A DNA stretch of 64,000 nt from contig CAWFQB010000001.1 in assembly GCA_963817895.1 (NCBI GenBank), forward strand, positions 1,184,001 to 1,248,000. Reading direction: 5' to 3'. This stretch comes from an uncultured Chthonomonadaceae bacterium. Its GTDB lineage: Bacteria > Armatimonadota > Chthonomonadetes > Chthonomonadales > Chthonomonadaceae. The notes below the pieces were generated by a model. That model was not told the DNA's origin and did no database searches. It saw only the letters and a list, made by a program, of their open reading frames with translations. The stretch's first letter is position 1; each line of letters opens with the position of its first letter. Positions 31,312-45,800 of this stretch are shown piece after piece. Both the position numbers and the translations under genes were made by a program.

Positions 31312-33381
31312 ATGCCGCATGATACTGCTGAACCGGAACAAACAGGCGGGACACAATTCCTGACGTTTGGCCCCGAACTGCTGCGTAACCCAGAGGAGTC
31401 ATTATGCCGCGAGTGGCTGGCAACGAACGGATTGGGCGGCTATGCGTCGTCTTCACTGGCGACTGCCAACACGCGCCGCTATCATGGCCTGCTCGTCGCC
31501 TCCCTGCATCCGCCGTGTGGCCGCGCCGTCCTGCTGTCAAAATTGGAAGAAACCCTGACGGTTACGGACGCGCAGGGGATGGAAACCGCGTACGCGCTGT
31601 CAGCAAACATCTACCCCGGCGCAATTTATCCGCAGGGCTACGCGATGCTTCAGGAATGGAGCGCGTCCCCCAACCCGACATGGACATGGCAGCCCGCGCC
31701 CAATCTCCGCTTTACAAAATCAATCCGAATGGCGCAGGGCGAGAATACCACAGTTATTACGTACCGCCTGCTGCAAGCCCCGGACAACGCTTCTGTCCGC
31801 CTGTCCCTCGTCCCCCTGCTCGCGTGGCGCGATTACCACAGCGAAATGATTGCCTGCGACTTCCGCCCTGATACTACATGGGACGCTTCCACTCTGCAAT
31901 TGCAGTTGCCGCCAATCGAGCGCGTCACGTCCGCGCCTACAACCCTTTACCTTCATCTGACGGATGAGAGTGGCGATCCACTTTCCGATACGCGCTTTGA
32001 ACCTCACTCCGACTGGTACTACCACATTCAGCACCCCCGCGAACAGGAGCGCGGACAGGACTTTCAGGAAGACTTATACACGCCCGGAACCTTGTCGCTA
32101 TCTCTTACGCCCGGTCAATCCGTTGTCGTTGTCGCCACGACGAAAACAGAGGAAAAGGAGAAAAGGAGAAAAGGAGAAGAGGAGAGCCAGGGAACAGGAG
32201 CGGATTCATCCTTCATCCTTCATCCTTCATCCTTTGCGGGGCATCTTGCCCGTGCCGCCGAGCAATTCATCGTGCAGGTTCCGGGTGGGCGTTCCACAAT
32301 CATTGCAGGGTATCCCTGGTTCGGGGATTGGGGGCGGGATACGATGATTTCCCTGCCGGGTTTGTGCCTGACAACGGGAAAAACGGACATTGCCCGCGAT
32401 ACTCTGCTGTCGTTCGCGCAGTACGTGGATCAGGGGATGCTGCCCAACCGCTTTCCCGATGTCGGCGAAACGCCCGAATATAATACGGTTGACGCGACCC
32501 TCTGGTACTTCGTCGCCATATATCGCTATGTGGAGGCGACGGGGGATAAAACTATCCTGTCCGGCGGCCTGTGGGAAACGCTCAAGGAGATTGTGAACTG
32601 GCATCAGCAGGGAACGCGCTACAACATTCATGTAGACCCCCCCGACAACCTGTTATATGCCGGACAGGAGGGCGTTCAACTGACGTGGATGGACGCCAAA
32701 TGCGGCGATTGTGTCGTGACGCCCCGTATCGGCAAGCCGGTCGAAATAAACGCGCTGTGGCATAACGCGCTGCAAATCATGGCATATTTCGCCGCTCTGC
32801 TGAACGATTCCCTGTCTGGTTCGTACACACAACAGGCGCGACAGACGCAGGATAGTTTCATCTCCCGCTTCGCCCGCGCAGATGGACGCGGCTTATACGA
32901 TGTTCTCGATGCGCCGCCATCAGGCCATTCCGACGCGTCCATTCGCCCGAATCAAATTTTCGCTTTGTCGCTGCCATTTCCAACCGTACAACCGGATACG
33001 CCGCTTGCATCGTCTATCATTGCTGTCGCGCGCGAAGAATTGTTGACGCCATGCGGACTGCGCACCTTGTCGCCGCGTGATCCTGACTTTCAGCCGCGCT
33101 ACGAGGGTGACGCGCTGCATCGGGACGGCGCGTACCATCAGGGAACCGTCTGGCCCTGGCTGCTCGGCCCGTTTGCGGAATCGTATTATAAAGTAACAGG
33201 CGACGCAGAAGGCGCAAAGCAGATGTTGAGTGGCTTACAGGCGCAAATGTCCACCTTCGGCATCGGCAGCCTTGCCGAAATTTTCGACGGCATGGAACCG
33301 CAGCGTCCCAACGGCTGTTACGCGCAGGCATGGAGCGTGGCCGAAACTCTGCGCGTGTGGCAACTGCTCACAACGCCGTAG
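31312..33381 (+). CDS. Amylo-alpha-1,6-glucosidase (glycogen debranching enzyme family)
   Basis: REWLATNGLGGYASS..NTRRYHGLL, IIAGYPWFGDWGRDTMISLPGL, YNTVDATLW, QLTWMDA, YHQGTVWPWL, QAWSVAE. Confidence 0.95.
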   Translation: MPHDTAEPEQTGGTQFLTFGPELLRNPEESLCREWLATNGLGGYASSSLATANTRRYHGLLVASLHPPCGRAVLLSKLEETLTVTDAQGMETAYALSANIYPGAIYPQGYAMLQEWSASPNPTWTWQPAPNLRFTKSIRMAQGENTTVITYRLLQAPDNASVRLSLVPLLAWRDYHSEMIACDFRPDTTWDASTLQLQLPPIERVTSAPTTLYLHLTDESGDPLSDTRFEPHSDWYYHIQHPREQERGQDFQEDLYTPGTLSLSLTPGQSVVVVATTKTEEKEKRRKGEEESQGTGADSSFILHPSSFAGHLARAAEQFIVQVPGGRSTIIAGYPWFGDWGRDTMISLPGLCLTTGKTDIARDTLLSFAQYVDQGMLPNRFPDVGETPEYNTVDATLWYFVAIYRYVEATGDKTILSGGLWETLKEIVNWHQQGTRYNIHVDPPDNLLYAGQEGVQLTWMDAKCGDCVVTPRIGKPVEINALWHNALQIMAYFAALLNDSLSGSYTQQARQTQDSFISRFARADGRGLYDVLDAPPSGHSDASIRPNQIFALSLPFPTVQPDTPLASSIIAVAREELLTPCGLRTLSPRDPDFQPRYEGDALHRDGAYHQGTVWPWLLGPFAESYYKVTGDAEGAKQMLSGLQAQMSTFGIGSLAEIFDGMEPQRPNGCYAQAWSVAETLRVWQLLTTP

Positions 33382-33396
33382 TATGGAGAAAATACC

Positions 33397-34254
33397 ATGC
33401 AGCAGCTTCTCGAAGCGGAACAAAATGTTGATGTAAGCGCGGCGCAGGCGCGGGTGACGCCGCAGGAATTGGCGCAGGCGACGGCGGCGATTGAGGCGCG
33501 TCAGAACGCCATTGCGCAGCATGAGGCTGCCACTATTCCCATTGGCGAGGCCGTTCATCAACTGAATCTGGAAGCCACGCCCGAAGAGGTGCTGGCGGAA
33601 GTGCAGGCGCAGCGTAAGGCCAACACACAGATGCAGGCCACCGTAACGACAAATACGCGCTCACAATCCAGCAGAGTTATGCGGGTTGTTATCGCCGCGC
33701 AGACAGCGATTATATTGGGATTGGGCATGCAGATTGTCAGCACGAATAGTCGGCTTACCGAGGCGCAGCAGGTCGCGCAGCGTAACGCGCTGATATACAC
33801 GTTGCCGCTCGCGGTACAGCAGCAGGTTTTTCAGCAGCAGAATGGCGTTGTCAAACCGGCGACTTCCGTCATAGATGCGCAGTTAATAAAATCCGGGCAG
33901 TTTCATTCGCTCGACATTCCCATTGGTCAGACGGCGCAATGTAAATACGAGACTATCGAAAAACTGGCAAACAACGCCGACCCGTCACATACCTATACGG
34001 CGCAGCTATCCACAGGCACGACATGGCAATTGACGCGCAGCGCGGACGGATTTTATGTGAACTGCTGGGCAACCATGAAAGATGCCGAGCATCTTCTCAA
34101 CGGGCAGGAAGCGGTTGTTTACGCCACGAAAGCAGGCGCTTTTGACGAGCGCCCGGACACGCTGGTTAAAATTCCCATCCGCTCGTTTCAGAATCAACAC
34201 ATCTATGCCACTACCGATGCCCCGACTGGCGTTGTAATCAACGGAACGCATTAG
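33397..34254 (+). CDS. Bitopic membrane protein, paralog of 35053..35883
   Basis: N-terminal RVTPQEL.QATAAIEAR...IPIGEAVHQLNLEATPEEVLAEVQAQR shared with the paralog; one TM helix. Confidence 0.8.
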   Translation: MQQLLEAEQNVDVSAAQARVTPQELAQATAAIEARQNAIAQHEAATIPIGEAVHQLNLEATPEEVLAEVQAQRKANTQMQATVTTNTRSQSSRVMRVVIAAQTAIILGLGMQIVSTNSRLTEAQQVAQRNALIYTLPLAVQQQVFQQQNGVVKPATSVIDAQLIKSGQFHSLDIPIGQTAQCKYETIEKLANNADPSHTYTAQLSTGTTWQLTRSADGFYVNCWATMKDAEHLLNGQEAVVYATKAGAFDERPDTLVKIPIRSFQNQHIYATTDAPTGVVINGTH

Positions 34255-34354
34255 CGTCCCAACGGCTGTTACGCGCAGGCATGGAGCGTTGCGGAAATAC
34301 TGCGCGTCTGGCAACTGCTCACAACGTCGTAATGTGGAGGAAACACCATGCAGC
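34253..34354 (+). repeat. Direct duplicate of 33302-33403 (3' end of the debranching gene + RBS + ATGCAGC)
   Basis: agcgtcccaacggctgttacgcgcaggcatggagcgt...ggcaactgctcacaacg...accatgcagc present in both copies. Confidence 0.95.
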
Positions 34355-34962
34355 CTCCTATTATTGCGGATAAGGAAGCCCTGAATTTACGATTGCAGCA
34401 ACAATTTGGCAGGGACAAAATGCCGTTTTACATTGAGCAGGCTCAGAAGAAATTTGCGAAACCGAACCCGCCTGATTGGATATTTCTCTACAAATATGTA
34501 GAGCGGTCTGACATTCTTTTTATTCGCTGTTATTTGTGGCAGGCAGGAACATCACGCGGCTTGGGCTACGGCTGCGACAGTTTCGGCAGCGAGTTTGAAA
34601 AAGACTGGGAAACGACCGCCAAAGACACCATTATTGCAGAAACCTTCCACGGTTCCTTGTCCCGAGAAGACAGTGACCTGCTTATTCAAATGGCACAGCA
34701 GCCTTGCAGGGAGAACCTCAAGATATATCTGACCTATCTGAAGAACTCGTTCAAGTTTATGTTGATTGATGGATCCAGTCATTCCAGCGTTCAAGCCGCT
34801 ATCTTACGACGGCAACCACCTCGAACAACTTACAGCGATAATGTCGGGGCTTTTCTCTTTCTGAATCATAAACTCGTGAGCGCAATGCGCGATGCGCTGA
34901 GAAAGATTGTAGATTGTGAAAGGGTGAAAATCACTGTTGCCAATATAATCAAACTTGATTGA
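34348..34962 (+). CDS. Hypothetical protein (AT-richer cargo gene)
   Basis: 204-aa ORF with RBS ggagg supplied by the duplicated segment. Confidence 0.6.
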   Translation: MQPPIIADKEALNLRLQQQFGRDKMPFYIEQAQKKFAKPNPPDWIFLYKYVERSDILFIRCYLWQAGTSRGLGYGCDSFGSEFEKDWETTAKDTIIAETFHGSLSREDSDLLIQMAQQPCRENLKIYLTYLKNSFKFMLIDGSSHSSVQAAILRRQPPRTTYSDNVGAFLFLNHKLVSAMRDALRKIVDCERVKITVANIIKLD

Positions 34963-35052
34963 GTATGTCTGATTCTTCATGGTGGCGAAGAAGACACATT
35001 CTCGCCAGTTTTCAACACCCGGAAACCATGTGTTCTGTAGTAGGAGATTTCC

Positions 35053-35883
35053 ATGCAGTTACTTGTCGAGGAAGCGCAAAACGTAGAAAATGAGGCCGCG
35101 CAGGTGCGTGTGACGCCGCAGGAGTTGGTTCAGGCGACGGCGGCGATTGAGGCGCGTCACAGCGCCCGCGCACAGCATGACGCCGCAACCATTCCCATCG
35201 GCGAAGCGGTGCATCAACTCAATCTGGAAGCCACGCCCGAAGAAGTTCTGGCGGAAGTGCAGGCGCAGCGCAGCGCGAAAACGCAAGCGCTGCAATCCGG
35301 CGAAAAGCGGAACACGCGCCCCAAATCCGTGAAAATCATGGCGGCTGTTATTGCGCTTCAGTTTGCCTTCATCGCCTTTATGGGAGCGCGCCTGCTGGCT
35401 GTCAATGATGCGCTAAGAGTCAGAGATAACGCTTATCACCAACTTGCCTTGCATCTGCCCAATCAAGTTACTTATCAACCTGCAATAAAAGCAACGTTGT
35501 CTGCCCTGCATCAGCTAAATCCCGGATTGTCCCACTCGCTGGATATTGCGAACGGGCAAACCGTCGCCTGCAAGTTTGATACGCTGGAAACACTGGCTCT
35601 GGGCGCAAAACCGGCGGACGTTCAGACCGCGCAACATCCCGCAGGCACGACATGGAGCCTGCTGCGCCGGGGTGATAAGTTCTTTGTGCAGGGATGGACA
35701 ACGCCTGAATACGCCGAACTGCTGATGAACGGGCATAGCGGCCTCGTCTTCGCGGCAAAAGACATTGACCGGGAGAAAAATCCCGCCATACCGATTACCC
35801 TGCCCGCTGAAATGTTCGCTAAAACTTCAACCTACTACACAACCGATTCGACCGCAGCCGTGTGGGTGAACACCACGCCCTGA
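35053..35883 (+). CDS. Bitopic membrane protein, paralog of 33397..34254
   Basis: Shared N-terminal domain; HSLDI..GQT..CK..T.E.LA and GTTW.L.R....F.V..W.T also shared. Confidence 0.8.
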   Translation: MQLLVEEAQNVENEAAQVRVTPQELVQATAAIEARHSARAQHDAATIPIGEAVHQLNLEATPEEVLAEVQAQRSAKTQALQSGEKRNTRPKSVKIMAAVIALQFAFIAFMGARLLAVNDALRVRDNAYHQLALHLPNQVTYQPAIKATLSALHQLNPGLSHSLDIANGQTVACKFDTLETLALGAKPADVQTAQHPAGTTWSLLRRGDKFFVQGWTTPEYAELLMNGHSGLVFAAKDIDREKNPAIPITLPAEMFAKTSTYYTTDSTAAVWVNTTP

Positions 35884-35935
35884 CACGCCTGACATCAACA
35901 CGACAAACATCAATAGCACAAAGGATTATAGAGAT

Positions 35936-36193
35936 ATGGCTGAACACGAAACAACCCGCGTGAAACTGGATTACCCGCTGGAACGGGTAAAAGAACCGAT
36001 TATCTACCATCTGGTGACGGATTACCGGCTGGTTCCCAATATCCGCCGCGCCAACATCGACCACAACGCGGGCGGCATGATGATTCTGGAAATCGAAGGC
36101 GATCCCGATGATCTGGAAGCGGGCATGGACTTTCTGCGCCGTTTAGGGATTACCGTCACGCCGGTCGGACAGGAACAATCGTGGACCATCTAA
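35936..36193 (+). CDS. Stand-alone NIL domain protein
   Basis: VKLDYP...KEPIIYHLV.DY.L.PNIRRANI...GG.MILEIEG. Confidence 0.85.
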   Translation: MAEHETTRVKLDYPLERVKEPIIYHLVTDYRLVPNIRRANIDHNAGGMMILEIEGDPDDLEAGMDFLRRLGITVTPVGQEQSWTI

Positions 36194-36271
36194 ATCCGGT
36201 GTTCCGTGTTCGGTGTTCGGTATTCGGATGCAAAGGCTTTTGCAGGCTAACAGCCATTCTACTTGAGGAGG

Positions 36272-36805
36272 ATGGCTGTGAAGGTTAAGAACAAGCCTGT
36301 GGCAAGGCCTTCTGCCTCCACCGCTTCTATTCAGCACTGCGGGATGCCGGAGGCTGATCCGCCCTCATCCGCCATGCGTGATGAGCCGTTGTATCGCGTG
36401 TTCAAGCAGGTCGGGCTGGCGTTTCGGCAGCGGGCGTTGCAGTTGATGCGCGATGAGGGCATTGACGACGTGAACCCCGGCGCGACGCCGCTCCTTCTGC
36501 ATCTGGGCGACGAGGACGGCCTGACGCTGGGCGAACTGGCGCGGCGTTGCGGTCTGGAAAACTCCACGCTGACGCCCCTCGTCACCGATCTGGAAAGCGC
36601 TCAACTGGTGGCCCGCGCCCGCGCCCCCGAAGACCGCCGCGTGTCCCGCCTGTACCTGACCGCCTCGGGACGAACCCGCGAACGGCAGTTACGCGCCCTG
36701 ATGTTTCAGGTGCAGCAGCAGGCGCTTTCCGGCATTTCGGACAACGAACTTGCTATGCTGCATCAAACGCTGGATCAAATCTGTACAAATTTGCAGAGCG
36801 GTTAG
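36272..36805 (+). CDS. MarR family transcriptional regulator
   Basis: DGLTLGELARRCGLENSTLT..V..LE...LV.R....EDRR...LYLT..G. Confidence 0.9.
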   Translation: MAVKVKNKPVARPSASTASIQHCGMPEADPPSSAMRDEPLYRVFKQVGLAFRQRALQLMRDEGIDDVNPGATPLLLHLGDEDGLTLGELARRCGLENSTLTPLVTDLESAQLVARARAPEDRRVSRLYLTASGRTRERQLRALMFQVQQQALSGISDNELAMLHQTLDQICTNLQSG

Positions 36806-37102
36806 CCCGGAAACAGGAATTTACCGGTCTTATGGTTCGTATGCGAAAATAGGGCGGCGTTGCGCTTTATTCGTGATTGAACCCCACGAGTTGCGTAGAT
36901 ACTTCGGTTACGAACTAATTTGAAACCGCTTCGTTCTTGAATGACAGAGCCTATTTCTTTCACTGCGCTGCCGCCTCCACACTGTTTCTTGCAGCCCTGT
37001 TCGCGTGAAAATTACATCGCCATCCGCGTTTATTCGCGTTCATTCACGGCTATTGTTTGGTCAGGCCGCATAGGAAATCGTTTGCAGTAGGAGAGACATG
37101 TT

Positions 37103-40339
<3,237 letters not shown>

Positions 40340-40368
40340 ACCCTGTATCCACTTGCTACAACGCGCAA

Positions 40369-40398
40369 ACCGCCTCCTGTCACATGACAGGAGGCGGT
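40369..40398. terminator. Hairpin between convergent genes
   Basis: accgcctcctgtca-ca-tgacaggaggcggt. Confidence 0.75.
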
Positions 40399-40506
40399 AA
40401 ACATAAGTAGGCGCGACTCAGATAAGCTGTTCACATTCAATATCGTGGTGAAAAGTTTGGACACATTGACACTCTTCATGCTGCTGTAATACAATCCACA
40501 TACGCT

Positions 40507-42501
40507 TCAGAGTTCCCTCACATATTCCAGCAGGTCTTTGAGTTGTTCCGGGGTCAGAGTGGCGGCGTTGCCGTGCAGATGTTCGGGGTTGTATCTGGTG
40601 AAAATTTCTTCCAGCGTCTGGGCGCGGCCATCGTGGAGGTAGGGGGCGCTGTCGTAGGCTCCGACAAGATGCGGCACATCTATGGTGACATCTTTCGGGG
40701 TTGTGCCGATGTTTTCGCGCTTTTTCGTGCCGCCGGACATGTTGCCCACATGACAACGCGCGCACCCGCCCTGCCCGGTGAACAGAGTTTTGCCGCGCAG
40801 GGCCGCCGCCGTCATTGCGCCGTTGGCATTGCGGTAAGGGTTTGCCGGCAGGGGCGTTTCGTTGACCAGATCCCATAGCGCGTGAACTTCCGGGTGCTGC
40901 AAATGGCGCGTTTTCAATAATCCGCCCACCTCGTCATGCACGAAAACCTCGAAATCCTCCTCGCGCCCGCCCCATCCATAGGGAGCGGTCAACAGCAATA
41001 AACCGCGCAGGTCTTTGGTGTTGCGGGCGTCCATGCCGTCCTTTACATGCGCGAATTTCCACGAAAGGCCGTCCGTGCCGCCGTTGGGGTGACAGCTTTC
41101 GCAGGAAAAAAACTGACCATGCGAAACGTGCGCGCTGGCAAAAAAGAAGCGGCCTTTCAGTCGGCGGTTGGGATTGGGCGTAGCCGTTCCCAAATCCACC
41201 AATCGCGCGGTTGGCAAATCCGCAGGCGTTTTGTCTCCTGCCGCGCCGAACCAAACCGCAGGCAGAACCGTCAGCGAGTTGCCCAGATGGTTGCCGACCC
41301 AAAATTCGTGACTCTGCGGATTCAACGCGAGAGCGCGGGGATTGCACCCGACCCGAACCCGCCGAATGTCTGCCCCAACATGGAAAACAGGCAAACTTGC
41401 GCTAATCTCCCCGCCATCACTTTTGAAAATAGATTTTGGCGCGTTGGCATTTGCGGTTGAACCGGTTTCCGCTTGTGCCGAACCACTTACCCCTTTTCCC
41501 TTATCACTTATCCCTTGTAGCGGCACTGCCGCCACCTCATGCGTCCCGCTCAACGCGACATAAGCCGTTTCGCCCTTACTGTCCAATGCAATCCCACACG
41601 GATCGGACGCGCCATACTCCGGCAAATCCAAAATCAACATTCGCTCAAGGGTGGTTGGGGGTTGGTGATTGGTGGTTGGTGGTTGAACTGCATCGGTTTT
41701 CTCCTTTTCTCCTTTTCTCCTTTTCTCCTTTTCTTCCCCTAACGCGACTTCGCACAGCACATTCGACCAGAGCGTTTCCGGGCGAACCGTGGACAATTCG
41801 TTGTGGGGTTGCTGGCCGGTTATCCAGAGATGCGAACCGTCGGGAGTGAAGGCCATGCCGCGCAGGTTGATGGCGGGCAGGGGAATACGGCGGCGTTCCG
41901 CGCAGGAAGCGGTATCAATCAGGCTCAGGCTGCCGCCGAGCGAGTTGGCGCAGACAAGCGTTTTGCCGTCCGGCGCAAGGGCAAGGACACGCGGATTATG
42001 CCCGACCGGAATCCGCTGCAAGACTTTGCCCTGCGCGATGTCGAGAACCGCGACCTGATCCAACTGGCTCACGCTGACCCACGCCCGCCCATCGGGAGTG
42101 ACGGCAACACCCGCCGGTTCGCCCAACAAAGGGATTCGGGCGCGAACCGTTCGTTTTTCAATGTCTATGACGCTGATGCTGCCGGAAAACGTGTTGGCGA
42201 CAACCAGCGAATGTCCCTCCGGCGCAAGCGCAAACGCGCAGGGCTGTTCCCCGTCCGTCGGCAGATGCGCGAGAATTTTGCCGTCCGCGCCGTCCAGAAC
42301 GGCGATGTCGTTCTCATCCTGCTCGGCTACGAAAAGCTGTTTGCCGTCCGGGCGAAAGAGCAGGGCGGACGGCCCCCGCGTCCCGCCCTGCGCGGGCAGA
42401 GGCATGACAGTGGGCGCTTGTCCGAAGGTGCTGACCAGCAGCAGCGTCAAGCCGGAAGCAAGCAGGGCGGCACACAGGCTAAAAGGTTTGGTAACCACCA
42501 T
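40507..42501 (-). CDS. Secreted YVTN/YncE beta-propeller + di-heme cytochrome c (peroxidase-like) protein
   Basis: Propeller repeats (VAN..SGSISVID), CESCH and CARCH heme motifs, SAPYLHDGRA.TLEE. Confidence 0.85.
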   Translation of the reverse strand: MVVTKPFSLCAALLASGLTLLLVSTFGQAPTVMPLPAQGGTRGPSALLFRPDGKQLFVAEQDENDIAVLDGADGKILAHLPTDGEQPCAFALAPEGHSLVVANTFSGSISVIDIEKRTVRARIPLLGEPAGVAVTPDGRAWVSVSQLDQVAVLDIAQGKVLQRIPVGHNPRVLALAPDGKTLVCANSLGGSLSLIDTASCAERRRIPLPAINLRGMAFTPDGSHLWITGQQPHNELSTVRPETLWSNVLCEVALGEEKEKRRKGEKEKTDAVQPPTTNHQPPTTLERMLILDLPEYGASDPCGIALDSKGETAYVALSGTHEVAAVPLQGISDKGKGVSGSAQAETGSTANANAPKSIFKSDGGEISASLPVFHVGADIRRVRVGCNPRALALNPQSHEFWVGNHLGNSLTVLPAVWFGAAGDKTPADLPTARLVDLGTATPNPNRRLKGRFFFASAHVSHGQFFSCESCHPNGGTDGLSWKFAHVKDGMDARNTKDLRGLLLLTAPYGWGGREEDFEVFVHDEVGGLLKTRHLQHPEVHALWDLVNETPLPANPYRNANGAMTAAALRGKTLFTGQGGCARCHVGNMSGGTKKRENIGTTPKDVTIDVPHLVGAYDSAPYLHDGRAQTLEEIFTRYNPEHLHGNAATLTPEQLKDLLEYVREL

Positions 42502-42830
42502 AACGCGTTCATCTCCAACAATTCCAACAGGGGAAGCCCGAAAATAAAATAAAACGAAGGATGCAAGAAAGACGCGAAAACACGTCAATACGTTACGCGA
42601 AGTTTGCAGTCTATCCCTGCAATCGCCTCTCACGGAAATATTAAGTTGCAGGCATGATATTTCCCAAATTAAATCATATAAACAGTGAAACGGGTAGACT
42701 GTTTATCCGTAAGGAGAGGTACTGCTGTTTCAAAGGCGCGTCTGTCGTCTTGCTCACCTGTCTTTTCTCGTGTCCTTTTCTCTCGTCGCTCTTGTTCGTT
42801 CTCGGGGTTGGTTTGGGAGGAGTTGCCGCT

Positions 42831-45800
42831 ATGCGTAAACGCAAATTCACGTCCACCAGGTTCACCATCAAAATAGCTGCCGTCGCGCCGACGCTGCTGC
42901 CGCTCACCCTTCTGGCAAATCCTGCCGTGGGACAAAGCCATGCGCAGGTCAGCGTTCAGCGCGTTGCGCCAACCGGCGCAGCCCCTGCCAGTTCGGCGGT
43001 TTCCGCGCTGATTCCCGTTGTCGGAAAAGTGGCGCTGCCGGACGGCAAACCGGCGGCAAACGCCCAAATTTACGTCACCTGGTCGCAAAATGATGGCAAG
43101 CAGCCGTTTCATAAATGCGTGGCGGACGCGAACGGCAAATTTGAAACCACCATTACCCCGGCCGGCAACGGCAAAACCGTTATTGTTTCGGCAATTCTCG
43201 TGACCGCGCTGCTGCCGGGTAAAGGCATCGCGTGGACGCAGGTTACGATGGGAAATCCCAATCTTTCCAAAGTGCAGTTGAACCTGATGCCGCTTGCCAC
43301 GCTGGAGGGGCGGCTTGTTCATACGGATGGCACTCCTAACGCCAATACGGAAGTGCGCGTTGAATCCCTGTTGCCGCGCGTCATCGTTCGCAACGGCGTC
43401 AATCCTGGCCCGGATACAACGCCGGGAGCAAAGGCGAATATCGTTTCGCGCCAGGCGGGGATGCAGCAGGCCGGCAACTTCTTTATACTGCCGCTTCTGC
43501 CTCCCGACGCGCTTGCCGAGCAGTTTCGCGCCACAACGGACGCGAACGGCAAATTCACGCTGAACGGCATTCCCCGCGATACCGCAGTCGCGCTGAAACC
43601 GGGCGGCAAGCTGGCAATGGCGGCGGGCAGCGCGAATACGTTTGCCATACAGGACCGGGAGCGGCAAAACGCGGGCCTGTTTGTGGCGACGCCTACGGTT
43701 CGCGTCAAAGTGCGCGTGTTTGATTTGCAGACTCATCAACCCGTGCCGCAAACCCATGTGATGGTTGCCGGCGCCAATCCGCTGCAAAATCGGGCAATGA
43801 TGCGCGTGGCGAACAGCATGAACTTCAGCCGCTTCGTAACCAATGCAAGTGGAGAAATGACCGCGTCCGATCTGCTTCCGGGCGAGTATGTAGTCAACGT
43901 GCTGGGCTGCATGAAGACCGTGCATCTGGAAGCGGGGCAGGACGCGCCCACTGTTGACATCGCCGTTCGGCACGGCTTCCTGAAGGGACGCCTGCTCGAC
44001 GCGGACGGCAAACCGGTTGTCAATGCGGACGTGCGGCTTGCCGCAACAGGAAACACCAACGGGCGGGTGTTCGCGTTCAACAACAACGTGCAGTTCTTCA
44101 ACGGTGATTTCGGAAATCCTGAAAGCGGTTTCACCCTGACACCGGATGGGAAAGCCATTCCATCCGGCTTTAACGGAGCCGTGCCTACCATGATGTCGCG
44201 GACGGATGCGGAGGGAAGGTTCACCATTCCCAACATGCCCTGGGGCAGCCCGCAGATTCGTATCTGGGCCACAAAGGGCAACGACCTTGCCGAGTGGAGC
44301 GGGCCGGCAAGCAAAACCGACGCCAACCTGACGCTGCAATTGCGCCGCAATGTTCTGATGACGGTTTCGGGCCGATTGGTAGACCCCCAACGCCGCCCGC
44401 TTTCCAAAGTCACCTGCAAAACGCTGCACTGGCTATCCTCGCCGCGTTCGACCTGGTTTGCTACCGCCCGCGATGTGACAACCGACGCGGACGGCAATTT
44501 CAAAGTGGACGGCATGGAGCGGGGCGAATCGTTTTCGCTGATTACCGTCGGGCAGTCGCAGTTCAGCAACCAGCTATCTTTCACTGGTGACAGCGGCCCG
44601 TCTGAAACTGTTTCGCTTGCGCAGAATGGCGGCGTGGAAAACGCGCTGCAAACCCTGGGCAATTTGCCGATTGTGTCGCGGCATGTGATTCCCATCCGGC
44701 AGGACTTTGAATTGCCCCGGTTCCTGACGTGCGCGACGGGCGACGGGCAGAGCCTGGGCGAAGTGATGGTACACCCGCAGGACACGCCCGACGAGGTGCT
44801 GCAAAGTTACGACGGTTCGCCGGGAGATCAGCCTTCGCTTCCCGGCGTTGTGGCCGCGCCCACGCCTGCTGACGTTCAGGCGGCGCAGTCTGTGCTTGCC
44901 CGCTTCGATACCGCCCTGAAAACGGGCGATGTGGACGCGCTGACCGCGCTCACGTCCCGCGTATCCCCCGGCTGGTCCGGCAATCGGCAGGCATTTTTGC
45001 AGAATGTCAGTTTGTGCGGCAGAGTGAACACGGACGAGGATACACCGACGCGGGCGCTGAACTTCGTGCCGCGCAGTATGGTTGCCGCATTGCTGAAAAT
45101 GGCCCCGAAGGAAGCGGGCGCGGAGCGGGCGGAACGGGTTGGAGAAGCCGTCAATGCCCCCGCCGACTGGGTTTTCCTGAATCGGCAGGTGGGCGACAGC
45201 GTGGTTACGGCGGGTATCTTGCACCGGGAAGCGGGCGAATGGCGCGTGGTCGCCAATCACTCCTTCGCCGCGCCCATAATGGCGAACGAGATGCAAACGC
45301 CGACAGCCGCAAGCAAGTGGGAGCAAACGGCCACCGCGCTGACGCCGGAATTGCAGCAGGAGGCGCGACAGACGGGCGAACTCTATATGCAGGCGTGGAT
45401 GGGCGCGGACCGGGAGCAGATGCGCCGCCTGACCGCCCCGTTTGCCGCCCTGCAGCCCGGCAATATCGAGCGTTTCCGCCACGCGCTGGAACATCGCGCG
45501 GATGATGGGGTATGCCCGCTGGATACGGAAGAGAAAATAGCCCTGCTGCCCGTCACGAACCTGACGCTGTGGGAGCAGGATTGGCTCAAACAGTTGACGA
45601 GCCTCAACGCGCCAATGAACGTGGACGCGCCGGCAAACGTGAGCGTAATCACCATCACGAATAATGGCAGTAGCGAGAACGTCACTCTCGTCCGGCCGGC
45701 AGTGTCTACCACCTCCACTTCTAAACCCGCGCCGGAGAAACTCGCCCCCGGACACGACACGGCGGTATTCCGCTATTCGGCGCAGGGCCGCAACTTCCTG

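Noticed and set aside
33302..34354. Diversity-generating retroelement TR/VR pair
   Set aside because: Differences between the copies are not adenine-specific and no reverse transcriptase is in the window
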